DNA from: Deltaproteobacteria bacterium
GTDB lineage: Bacteria; JAGRBM01; JAHCIT01
Direction: 5' to 3'
Length of the DNA: 36,914 bases
NCBI GenBank assembly: GCA_026129095.1
Contig: JAHCIT010000009.1
Location: 124,001 to 160,914 of the forward strand
Shown: positions 1-8,826 of the stretch, in pieces
Position numbering within the stretch: position 1 is the stretch's first letter
How the letters are laid out: every line of letters begins with the position of its first letter
Notes under the pieces: generated by a model
What the model saw: the letters and a program-made list of their open reading frames with translations, nothing else
Told to the model about the DNA's origin: nothing
The model's database searches: none
Made by a program: the position numbers and the translations under genes

Positions 1-1
1 G

Positions 2-451
2 GACGCCCTCATCTTCGGTATCGCCGACTACGCCGGCGACGTGAATGCCCGCGTCATGAAGGGCGACGAGCAGTTCCAGGTATTCCACTGGGCCAAGAGC
101 CAGGTGGTGACCGCCGCCCGCGCCGCGCTGATCGATTCAATCGACAACGTGACACTGGACTACAAGGATCTGGACCAGGTCCGCAAGGATGCCATCAACG
201 CCCGCAACATGGGGTTTGACGGCAAGTGGTGCATCCACCCGACACACGTCGAGGTGGTGAACGAGGTGTTCACTCCCTCCGACGAGGAGATCAAGCGGGC
301 CACCGAGATCATCGGTGCCTACGACAAGGCCGACAAGGAACAGGGCCTCGGCGCGATCACCTTCGGGACCGAGATGGTGGATGCGGCCACCCTGCGCGTG
401 GAACGCTGGAAGCTTTCCATCGCCAAGCGCGTCGGCAAGATCAGGGCCTGA
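2..451 (+). CDS. HpcH/HpaI aldolase / citrate lyase beta-subunit (CitE)-family CoA-ester lyase, 5'-truncated by the window edge
   Basis: Frame is open from base 2 (DALIFGIADYAGD...). It shows the family motifs GxxDY, GFDGKWCIHP, NEVFTPS and MVDAA. Confidence 0.85.
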   Translation, partial: DALIFGIADYAGDVNARVMKGDEQFQVFHWAKSQVVTAARAALIDSIDNVTLDYKDLDQVRKDAINARNMGFDGKWCIHPTHVEVVNEVFTPSDEEIKRATEIIGAYDKADKEQGLGAITFGTEMVDAATLRVERWKLSIAKRVGKIRA

Positions 452-2822
452 TCCGGTAAAGCGCAAAAACCGCCAAGGCGAGCCAGGCTGCCAGGCTGAT
501 GGCGAGCCCTGCCGTCACTGATGCCGGTTCGAAGCTGAACTCCACCCGGCTTTCGCCGGCCGGAACCCACGCCCCGAGCTGGTAGCCGTTCACCGCCAGC
601 ACGGGCTGGCGGACGTTGTTTACGTAGGCAACCCACCCCGGATAGTAGTTCTGGCGCAGGACCACCGGCCCCGGTTCCGGCCGTCTTGTGGAAACGACCT
701 TCAGTTCCGGCCTCCAGGCGAGAATGGTCACCTCGCCGCCTACGGTATCACCCGACACGGCGGGCGGCGGTGCCGGACTGGAGCCGGTGAAACGTCCGAT
801 GTATCCGGTGAGTTCCGGATTCCATTCCGGAGCCGAAACCGCGGCAACAAGGGATGCGGGATCGCCCGGGGTCTGCCATTGTCTCAACGCACGCGCGGCC
901 GGGAGCGTGTTCTCCAGATAGCACGCACGCGCCGGGAACCGGCTGAACGGCGCCGAGCATACCCATTCTTCGCCCTCCCCGGCCGCAACCGACCGGTCTA
1001 CAGGCACGATGACCGCCCGCAGGTTCTCGATCCGGTGACGCCTGCCGGGCGAGATGGTCCGGTTGGCCCGTTCGTGATCGGCCAGCCATGACGAATTGAT
1101 ACCGTCCACAACGCTGAACGGCGCCAGCATGACTATGTTTCCGCGCAGGGTGTCCCAGCGGTACCGGGTCTCGGCACGCACCGGGTCCGTATCCAGCGAA
1201 CCCAGTGGCAGATTGATATAGAGGAGAGGCGGCTCGACGGAAGGATCGGGGAATGCTTCCTGGAGGGCCGGAAGCAGGGCCGGCGCATGGGACACCGATT
1301 CGGCGGGAGCCGACGGCAGGCTGGATGGCGAAAGCCACAACAGTTCGGCGGACAACACGGCAAGCAGGCACCACATTCCTGCTTTCGGTGCCCAGCGAAG
1401 CATCCACAGGGAAATCAGCGATACCGCCAGCAGCAGCGCCCCCAGCCGGAAACTGCCCATGACATGCAAGTTAAATGCAGGATTGCCGGGAACACCGGTC
1501 AGCTTCGCCAGGGATGTGGCCCATCCACCGGAAAGTGCCCCGACTACCGCAAGAACCAGCAGCGCGCCGCTCCAGAGAGCGAAAGCCGTCCGGCCGGGCC
1601 GGATATCCGCCCCCGGTTTCAGCTGCTCCAGCGCCAGCGCGCCTGCCAGCCCCCAGGCAACAAACGCATGGAGCAGCAGCCGCTCCGGGAACCGGAACTG
1701 CCCCCATCCGGGAAGCAATTGCGCCAGCAGGCTGTAAAGGCCCCCATACGAGCCCAGTGAAAGCCAGATAGCGGTTCCCGCCAGTCCCATCAGCCAGGCG
1801 ATACGCCTGTCCCGCCGGGCGGCCACCAGTATCCACGGCAGGGCAGCCAGCAATAGCAGCGAGGGGTGGGCCCGGATGAAGTAAACGACGCCCTCATTCG
1901 CCGGTGAGCGTGCGATGGCCGAAAAATCGGCCTGTACACCAGCTGAAGATGTATCGAAAAGTCCCGGGGCCAGCCATTCCACAAACCTTACCGGGTGCAG
2001 TGACCAGGCATCGGACAGTCCCGACAGGTTCTGTTCGTGCCGGGACGAGTTCCGGGAGTATTCGAACCCGGGGACGATAACCGCCGCAGAGAGGATCGCT
2101 CCGGCAGCCATCGCGCTGCCGCCTGCCAGAACAGCTTTTCGTTTCGGCCCCGGCGCGACCGCGCACGAAGCCAGGGTCAGCAGCCCCAGCAGGTAGACAA
2201 GCTGAATATCCCCTGTAAAAACGAGGAGCGCAGTCCAGCCCGCCAGTGACGCCGCACGGGACAGCGAAGGAGAACGGCGCAGGGCTATCAGCGATGCGAG
2301 CGCCCAGCCCAGCAGGCTGAACCCGTAGAGAAACTGAAGGGCATAGTGGAGGGACAGCGCCACGGGCGAATAGGCGATGAGCGCCGACCCGGCGGCTGCG
2401 ACCCCGGGACGGCATTCCATCGTCCGAAGAAGCCGGTAGAACCCTGCCTGGGCAAACAGGAAATGCAGGCCAGCGACAAGCCCGTAAATCCAGAACGGAT
2501 TCAGGTACCCATAGAACAGATAGAACGGGAACTGGCCCGCATGGAGGATCGAGTTGACCGGATCGGCCCAGAACGGAAGGCCGCCATAAATGTGGTCCAC
2601 CCACAGGGGCAGTTCGCCGTTCCGGATGCGGGAGGCCAGCAACATCCGGTACGGCACGTAGTTTTCCAGAACATCGCGGTAGTAAAACACCCGCGTGCCC
2701 AGATAGACATCCCGGAACAGGAACAGGTTCAGCAGGAGCGAAGGAACTGCCGGAATGAGCATCCTCTGCCAGATCCCGCCGCTGGGGGCGTCTTCACCGG
2801 AGCAATTCGAGCTGGCTTGCAA
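441..2822 (-). CDS. YfhO-like polytopic membrane protein (putative GT-C glycosyltransferase)
   Basis: N-terminal RD..ENYVPYR and GELPLW..HIYGGLPFWADP, many TM segments, FRFPER, and C-terminal NYYPGWVAYVN...VNGYQLG..VPAGE..VEFSFEP plus a final TM helix. Start codon uncertain. Confidence 0.8.
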   Translation of the reverse strand: MQASSNCSGEDAPSGGIWQRMLIPAVPSLLLNLFLFRDVYLGTRVFYYRDVLENYVPYRMLLASRIRNGELPLWVDHIYGGLPFWADPVNSILHAGQFPFYLFYGYLNPFWIYGLVAGLHFLFAQAGFYRLLRTMECRPGVAAAGSALIAYSPVALSLHYALQFLYGFSLLGWALASLIALRRSPSLSRAASLAGWTALLVFTGDIQLVYLLGLLTLASCAVAPGPKRKAVLAGGSAMAAGAILSAAVIVPGFEYSRNSSRHEQNLSGLSDAWSLHPVRFVEWLAPGLFDTSSAGVQADFSAIARSPANEGVVYFIRAHPSLLLLAALPWILVAARRDRRIAWLMGLAGTAIWLSLGSYGGLYSLLAQLLPGWGQFRFPERLLLHAFVAWGLAGALALEQLKPGADIRPGRTAFALWSGALLVLAVVGALSGGWATSLAKLTGVPGNPAFNLHVMGSFRLGALLLAVSLISLWMLRWAPKAGMWCLLAVLSAELLWLSPSSLPSAPAESVSHAPALLPALQEAFPDPSVEPPLLYINLPLGSLDTDPVRAETRYRWDTLRGNIVMLAPFSVVDGINSSWLADHERANRTISPGRRHRIENLRAVIVPVDRSVAAGEGEEWVCSAPFSRFPARACYLENTLPAARALRQWQTPGDPASLVAAVSAPEWNPELTGYIGRFTGSSPAPPPAVSGDTVGGEVTILAWRPELKVVSTRRPEPGPVVLRQNYYPGWVAYVNNVRQPVLAVNGYQLGAWVPAGESRVEFSFEPASVTAGLAISLAAWLALAVFALYRIRP

Positions 2823-2837
2823 AATGGTCGCGCCCGC

Positions 2838-3431
2838 CTATTTCCCCTTCACTTCCACCCAGAAAAATCCGCGAAAATCCCCTTCGGCAAACCCGGTCGC
2901 CCGGTCGTCGGGATAGCGGGCCGCAATCGCCTCCCTCACCGAAACATCCACACTCGCACCATGACAGGTTAGGCAGAATCCCTGCACGCCGATCGGCTTC
3001 AGAAGCCCTGCGCCCTTCTCCAGCCGGATGGCAACGGGTTTCACCTGAGCGGCCTTCCTGCCGGCCGCCGCATCCAGATGGGGCTTCACCCAGTCCCGCG
3101 GAGCGTTCTTCGGATTGCGGATCTTGTGGCTGGTCCGGCCGATCTCAACGCCGAACTCCAGTGCAACAGTCGAAGCCAGTTCGCCTGCCTCGCGGCTGCA
3201 CACATCCACCGCCGCCGGGGCCCCGCCCTCCCCGAAGGCCGCCGTCAGGCGCGCCATGAGCCGCTGGGCAAGTGCCTGCGAGGCCTTGTCAGCCTGGGTA
3301 ACCAGGGGTTTCAGATCGTCCGGCGCATCGGTAGGAAGCCATGCTTCTCCGGCGCTCAACCGGACGGCCGCAGCGGCCAGCAGGCAGACCGACCCCGTCA
3401 GCATGAAGCGCAACCGTATTTTCCCGGTCAT
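2838..3431 (-). CDS. Periplasmic DUF3365 (Tll0287-like) monoheme c-type cytochrome
   Basis: Signal peptide, AVDVC, RTSHKIRNPKNAP, heme motif CLTCH, and YPDDRATGFAEGDFRGFFWV. Confidence 0.85.
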   Translation of the reverse strand: MTGKIRLRFMLTGSVCLLAAAAVRLSAGEAWLPTDAPDDLKPLVTQADKASQALAQRLMARLTAAFGEGGAPAAVDVCSREAGELASTVALEFGVEIGRTSHKIRNPKNAPRDWVKPHLDAAAGRKAAQVKPVAIRLEKGAGLLKPIGVQGFCLTCHGASVDVSVREAIAARYPDDRATGFAEGDFRGFFWVEVKGK

Positions 3432-3677
3432 AGGGAAATCCTCCTCATATCCACGAGATCGCCCTGTTTACTGCCAATCATAACCACACAGGCTGTACCA
3501 GGACTACGGCATCATTTTAGACTGGAAAAAATATCTCCTGATTTTCCAAGTAATTTTAAATAGTTATAGATAGATTTTAGACTCAAGTATAAAATTATAT
3601 TGCAATACATCAATGGTTTCATAATATGGGCCCCGGCAGATCCACATTGTGCTGCCAGAAATACCACAGGGGTTATC

Positions 3678-4595
3678 ATGAAAAACACCTTCAAAGCGCT
3701 CCCGAAAGCCGAACGTGAAAAGGTCAGAACGGTTTACATCCAGTACCTGAAGGAACGGAACGGCAAGCCGGATTTCGAGGCCCACACCTCCGCGCTGCGT
3801 GACGAGTTTTTCCGGGTTCTGGATTCCAATCCGACCCTGGTTTCCGCCAGGGGCCGGCTCAATCAGGAAGTGTTCACGCGCAACCAGCGGCGCGGAAGCC
3901 CGGAACCGGGCCTCGATCGCCGCACCCTGTGGGCCGTATGCGCGGCCAATGCAAACCTGACCGAAGACTACGGCGTCAAATACGGTTTTGAAGTGAAGCC
4001 GATGAAGGATCCCGAATACCCCTATTCCTGGGTCCAGATCGAGGAAAACTATCACACGCGGTTGCTCGCCGACTGCGTAAGGACGCTCGGCGTCCAGATG
4101 GAAATCATTCCACCCAAGCTCGGAACCCGGATGCTCCTGAACGTACTTGTGCAGCTTCCCTACTATTTCTCCAACATCCTGATTCTTTGCGCCGAGGCCA
4201 TTGGGCTCGTCGTGTTCAAGGGGCTCCAGCTCAAGGCCAGAGAACTGTTCGCCGACGAACCGGAAGCCCTCAAGCGGATCGACTCCCTTTTCGACCAGAT
4301 CATCATTGATGAAATCGGTCACGTGCGCTGGGTCCACAGCCAGATGGGGCAGTTCCGCCTGAGCTTCACCAGGGCCATCATTCCCTGGATCGCCCGCGCT
4401 TTCCTCCGTGACCTTCCCGACGTGGTGGAACTGCTCGGCAAGGACTGGATCATGAGCGAGGTCAGGAAAACCGCCGAAACCGGCATTATCGTCATGGACG
4501 ACGGCCGGGTGCATCCGCTGGACGTGATGCTCGGAAACGCCAAGGGCGAATCCCGGCAGCTCCAGTCGTTAATGACACTCGCACCGGCCGCCTGA
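3678..4595 (+). CDS. Ferritin-like superfamily di-iron carboxylate protein, function unknown
   Basis: Ligand pattern E (LTEDYG)...ExxH (EENYH)...E (CAEAIG)...ExxH (DEIGH). ATG at 3678 is preferred over the TTG at 3600, which lies in the AT-rich spacer. Confidence 0.7.
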   Translation: MKNTFKALPKAEREKVRTVYIQYLKERNGKPDFEAHTSALRDEFFRVLDSNPTLVSARGRLNQEVFTRNQRRGSPEPGLDRRTLWAVCAANANLTEDYGVKYGFEVKPMKDPEYPYSWVQIEENYHTRLLADCVRTLGVQMEIIPPKLGTRMLLNVLVQLPYYFSNILILCAEAIGLVVFKGLQLKARELFADEPEALKRIDSLFDQIIIDEIGHVRWVHSQMGQFRLSFTRAIIPWIARAFLRDLPDVVELLGKDWIMSEVRKTAETGIIVMDDGRVHPLDVMLGNAKGESRQLQSLMTLAPAA

Positions 4596-4672
4596 TCGCA
4601 GAAAGATAACGGACGGAATACCCCGCGCTTTTTCTGTTCCCATCCTGCCGGGCCTGATAGAATGCTGGCCGT

Positions 4673-5506
4673 ATGCAGGCTCCCTCCCACCGGCGCCTTC
4701 GGCTTCCCGTGACGGTCCTTGCCTTCATGACGGCCGTCTCGGTGGCTCCCCCGGCGATGACCAGCGAGCGCGCCGCGCCGGACCGTCCGTGGGAAGAACT
4801 TGAGCCGGGCCTCCACTACCGGCAGGACCGGCTGCCACCGGCTGCGGAAGGGCTGCCGATTACCCTGTACATGATCCGGGCCGATCTGGGCCGGTTTGCT
4901 GCCGCGGTGCGGGCCGCGCCCCCCTCCCGGCTGCGGGTTCCCCTGAAATCCCTCGAACAGGACGGCGACATCGCGATTATCAACGGCGGGTACTTCGAGG
5001 CCGATGGCCGCCCATCCGGCCTCGTGCGAAGCGCCGGGCAGACCCACGCAAAGATCTGGGGCGGCGGGAGCGGCGCCCTGCTTCTGTGGGGGCCCAAGGC
5101 GTCGATCATCTTCAAACGCGATTACCCGAAGGAAAATGAGCCCCCGCATGCACTTCAGGCCGGACCCGTCATGGTGGAACCGGACGGACTGCCGGGCATC
5201 AGGTCAAGATCGGGAAAAAGAGAGCGGCGGACGTTCGTTGCCCTTCTCAATGAAAAGACTGCCGTTTTAGGGGCCTCATCCGGTCCGATTGACCTGTACG
5301 ATCTCGCCGAGCACCTGAGAACTGCTGTTGGAGTCCGGAGCGCACTTAATCTGGACGGCGGACCGTCTGCGGGTTTTTACCTGCGGCATCCGGTTAAATC
5401 AGTAGTTATAGAACCCGATTCCGCCATCCCCAATGCCATCGTCATCACCCGGCAGGATTCGGCTGCACAATCGCAACTGTACGAGCCCGAATCGCTCCGG
5501 CCTTGA
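4673..5506 (+). CDS. Exported phosphodiester glycosidase (NAGPA/DUF2233) family protein
   Basis: Signal peptide; motifs INGGYF, QAGP, RT and ALNLDGGPS. Confidence 0.8.
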   Translation: MQAPSHRRLRLPVTVLAFMTAVSVAPPAMTSERAAPDRPWEELEPGLHYRQDRLPPAAEGLPITLYMIRADLGRFAAAVRAAPPSRLRVPLKSLEQDGDIAIINGGYFEADGRPSGLVRSAGQTHAKIWGGGSGALLLWGPKASIIFKRDYPKENEPPHALQAGPVMVEPDGLPGIRSRSGKRERRTFVALLNEKTAVLGASSGPIDLYDLAEHLRTAVGVRSALNLDGGPSAGFYLRHPVKSVVIEPDSAIPNAIVITRQDSAAQSQLYEPESLRP

Positions 5507-5539
5507 CCGTCCCCGGCACAGGCCATATCATTGCCTTTG

Positions 5540-5617
5540 ATGATGCGTTCTTCCGACATGCTGCTTGCCGGGCTTCTTGGCCTCCTCCTTAGCGGGGCCG
5601 GGAACCTGCGCGCATGA
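5540..5617 (+). CDS. Leucine-rich leader peptide of leuA (MMRSSDMLLAGLLGLLLSGAGNLRA)
   Basis: Short ORF with 7 Leu in 10 codons (5561-5590), followed by a terminator and then leuA. Start could be ATG 5540, 5543 or 5558. Confidence 0.8.
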   Translation: MMRSSDMLLAGLLGLLLSGAGNLRA

Positions 5618-5663
5618 AGGGCAAGATCACCAGAACCTAAAGCCCGGAACGCACCAGCAGGAA

Positions 5664-5701
5664 CCCCGGCCTCCCCCAAGGAGACCGGGGATTTTCATTT
5701 T
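5664..5701 (+). terminator. Attenuator terminator upstream of leuA
   Basis: Stem CCCCGGcCTCC (5664-5674) / GGAGaCCGGGG (5680-5690), 5-nt loop, then ATTTTCATTTT. Confidence 0.8.
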
Positions 5702-5766
5702 CGGGAGCCGTAAACTATCCCCCGCCGCAGACCGGCCGGGGGCGGAAACAGAGAGACAGGAAACAC

Positions 5767-7314
5767 ATGAGCGATCCGGCATCCAAAAACCGCGTCTACA
5801 TTTTCGATACCACCCTGCGGGATGGCGAGCAGTCGCCTGGCTGTTCCATGAACACCCAGGAAAAACTGCTCATGGCGCAGCAGCTCGCGAGACTGAATGT
5901 GGACATCATCGAGGCCGGGTTCGCCATCGCCAGCCAGGGAGATTTCGAGGCCGTGCGCGAAGTGGCCCGCACGGTGAAGGGTCCCCGGATCATGAGCCTG
6001 GCGAGGACCGACTTCGCCGACATTGACCGGGCGGCCGAGGCGGTCAAGCATTCCGACCGGTGTGGCATCCATACGTTCATCGCCACAAGCGACATCCATC
6101 TCAAATACAAGCTCCGCAAGACCCGCGAGGAAGTCATCACCGCCGCCGCCCGGGCGGTAGAACGCGCCCGTTCTCACGTGGAATGGGTGGAGTTTTCCGC
6201 CGAGGACTCGACGCGGTCGGACCCCGAGTTCATGTGCAAGGTACTTCAGGCTGCCGTGGAGGCCGGGGCCACCGTCCTGAACATTCCCGACACGGTCGGT
6301 TACACGATGCCCCATGAGTATTTCGATCTCATCACCACGATCCGCAAGGAAGTCCGCGGCGTCGACAACTGCATCATCAGCGTCCACTGCCACAACGATC
6401 TCGGGCTGGCGGTGGCCAATTCGCTGGCGGCGGTACGCGCCGGCGCCAGGCAGGTGGAATGCACGGTGAATGGCATCGGCGAGCGGGCCGGGAATGCCGC
6501 AATGGAGGAGGTCGTCATGGGCCTCCGGGTCCGGCATGACATCATGCCCTATGAAACCGGCATCGTGACCGAGCAGATCTACCCCTCGTCCCGGCTGCTT
6601 TCGACCCTGACCGGAACCTACGTCCAGCCGAACAAGGCCGTAGTGGGCGCCAATGCCTTCGCCCATGAGGCCGGCATCCATCAGGATGGCGTCCTCAAGC
6701 AGAAGATCACCTACGAGATCATGACCCCAGAGTCGGTGGGCATCCCCACCAACAAGCTGGTGCTCGGCAAGCACTCGGGCCGCCATGCCTTCCGTGACCG
6801 GCTGGAGCACCTGGGCTTCCACCTGTCGGATGAGGAGGTCCAGAAAGCCTTCACCCGGTTCAAAAACCTCGCCGACCTGAAGAAGGTCGTCTATGACGAG
6901 GACATCGAGGCGATCGTGACCGGCGAACTGATCGGGGCTGACGACCGCATACGGCTCAGGGCCCTGAACGTCTCGTCCGGAACCGAACTCCGGCCGAATG
7001 CCACCGTCACGGTGGAGATCGAGGGTCAGGCCCAGACTGCCGCCGCCTTCGGCGACGGACCCGTGGACGCGGCGCTGAATGCCATCCGGCAGATCACCGG
7101 AACGACCGCCACGGTAAAATCATACGTCGTGCAGGCCATTACCGGCGGCACTGACGCACAGGGCGACGTGTCGGTTACGCTTGAGGGCGACGGGAAAGTG
7201 GTGCGCGGTTCGGGGACCGACCCCGATATCGTCGTCGCCAGCGCCAAGGCCTATATACAGGCGCTGAACCACCTCGCCGTCCGGAGCCAGCGCCGGATTC
7301 ACGCCCAGGGATAG
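5767..7314 (+). CDS. leuA: 2-isopropylmalate synthase
   Basis: [57 protein letters not shown] and a C-terminal regulatory domain (GDGPVDA). Confidence 0.97.
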   Translation: MSDPASKNRVYIFDTTLRDGEQSPGCSMNTQEKLLMAQQLARLNVDIIEAGFAIASQGDFEAVREVARTVKGPRIMSLARTDFADIDRAAEAVKHSDRCGIHTFIATSDIHLKYKLRKTREEVITAAARAVERARSHVEWVEFSAEDSTRSDPEFMCKVLQAAVEAGATVLNIPDTVGYTMPHEYFDLITTIRKEVRGVDNCIISVHCHNDLGLAVANSLAAVRAGARQVECTVNGIGERAGNAAMEEVVMGLRVRHDIMPYETGIVTEQIYPSSRLLSTLTGTYVQPNKAVVGANAFAHEAGIHQDGVLKQKITYEIMTPESVGIPTNKLVLGKHSGRHAFRDRLEHLGFHLSDEEVQKAFTRFKNLADLKKVVYDEDIEAIVTGELIGADDRIRLRALNVSSGTELRPNATVTVEIEGQAQTAAAFGDGPVDAALNAIRQITGTTATVKSYVVQAITGGTDAQGDVSVTLEGDGKVVRGSGTDPDIVVASAKAYIQALNHLAVRSQRRIHAQG

Positions 7315-7350
7315 AGTGGCGGGACAGCAGCCACTATCCCGAACTTCTTT
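7308..7350 (+). terminator. Possible intrinsic terminator after leuA
   Basis: GGGAT(AG)AGTGGC...GCCACTATCCC hairpin spanning the stop codon, with a weak U-rich tail (CTTCTTT). Confidence 0.4.
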
Positions 7351-7476
7351 CCGGATTCCGCTGTTGTATCACCGCGATACACCAGCGTTTGCCGCTATTT
7401 GCAACTCCGGAGATTCGTTATAAATAGAAGCCGGACAGGGCGCATCGTCCTGCGCACGTCCGGGGTTCAGCAGGCA

Positions 7477-8244
7477 TTGAGAATCATTGACATCTATTCG
7501 ATCAAGGGCGGAGTCGGAAAGACCGCCTCCTCGATGAATCTGGCGGGAGAACTGGCTGCCCTGGGGAAACGCGTCCTGCTTGCCGACCTCGACCCGCTGG
7601 GGGCCTCCATCCTTGGCCTGATGCCAGCCAAGACCCGGGCCTCAAAACCCGAGACGGCGAAGCCAGGAGCCCTTGCCGCCAGTGTGCAGGTTTCCTCGGT
7701 CCCCAACCTCTCCACCATCTACCTGGGCGGTATCGCTGCCGAGAAGTTTCCGGACGAATCGACACTGGCTGGCTTGGGACCGGAGTTCCGTGAACTGGCA
7801 GGTCATTACGACGTGACGGTTTTGGACTCGCCCCCCGCCGGCGGTCCCTGGGTCAGATGGGGAATGAAGGTATCCCATTCCGTCGCCGCCATCGTGCAGA
7901 GTGAGCCGCTCGCCTTCCGCATCCTGCCGCAACTGCTGGAGCAGATCCGCGAAGCCCGTGGCGACAGTGTCACCCCGTATGTCGAAGGACTGCTGCTGAC
8001 CATGGTCGGGACCAGCAATGATCTCACGGCCCGGATCGCCGCGTACGCACAGAAACGCTATCCCAAGGCAGTATTCCGGACGACCATCCCCCGCGATCCG
8101 GTCATTCCGGAAGCCAACTACTACGGCCAGACCGCCTCGGGCCAGAACCCCGACAGCCCGGCCGCCCTCGCCTACAAGGCCTGGGCTGCGGAGGTGATGG
8201 AACGCTGGGCCCGCACCGACAAGCTGGTTCTGGAAAACGGCTGA
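7477..8244 (+). CDS. ParA/MinD/Soj-family ATPase (orphan, no parB in the window)
   Basis: Deviant Walker A KGGVGKT, DLDP, DSPP, VFRTTIPRD..EA, and AALAYKAWAAEV. Probable TTG start at 7477. Confidence 0.9.
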   Translation: MRIIDIYSIKGGVGKTASSMNLAGELAALGKRVLLADLDPLGASILGLMPAKTRASKPETAKPGALAASVQVSSVPNLSTIYLGGIAAEKFPDESTLAGLGPEFRELAGHYDVTVLDSPPAGGPWVRWGMKVSHSVAAIVQSEPLAFRILPQLLEQIREARGDSVTPYVEGLLLTMVGTSNDLTARIAAYAQKRYPKAVFRTTIPRDPVIPEANYYGQTASGQNPDSPAALAYKAWAAEVMERWARTDKLVLENG

Positions 8245-8370
8245 TCGTTTCGTTTCTTTACATTCCAGCCCACTTTTCACCTGACAGAAATTGCAGTTGA
8301 CGCTGGACTCGCTCCCCGGCAGCATCGACAATTGGCCATTCGGGTTCGGGGCGTCGGGAAGGAGAGGACT

Positions 8371-8826
8371 GTGTCCTTCAAAGAACCGCTGGCATGGCCA
8401 TTCAGGCAGGAGCAACTCGAGGCCCTGGCCAGCCGTATTTCCACATGGAACCGGTCGATGGTCGCGCCGTCCGCCGCGCAGGTGACGTGGAACACCCAGA
8501 CCGGCAGCCCGCTACTCCTGCACAGCCACGATGCCCGCCATGAGGAACCGGAACCTGCCCCACAGGCACCAGTGAATACAGAACCGGTGGCATTCGAATC
8601 GGCAACATCTTCTGACTTCTGGACCAGCGAGGCAAGCATCTCCGACGATGGCGAACCGCCAGTCGAGGCGGCCAGCATATCGGCGCCTGATACCGCCGGA
8701 GAAGAAACGTCTGCCGCCCGTTTTGTGCCCTCATTTGAACTCGACGTGGAAGATGACTCGGAACTGGATATCCAGCGGTCCGGTCCGGGAGAACCTCCAT
8801 CAGGAGAAGGTGGTGAGAGCGCGTGA
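8371..8826 (+). CDS. Hypothetical acidic, probably largely disordered protein
   Basis: SD AAGGAG before GTG 8371; E/D/S/P-rich C-terminal two thirds; its stop overlaps the next start (GTGA at 8823-8826). Confidence 0.6.
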   Translation: MSFKEPLAWPFRQEQLEALASRISTWNRSMVAPSAAQVTWNTQTGSPLLLHSHDARHEEPEPAPQAPVNTEPVAFESATSSDFWTSEASISDDGEPPVEAASISAPDTAGEETSAARFVPSFELDVEDDSELDIQRSGPGEPPSGEGGESA

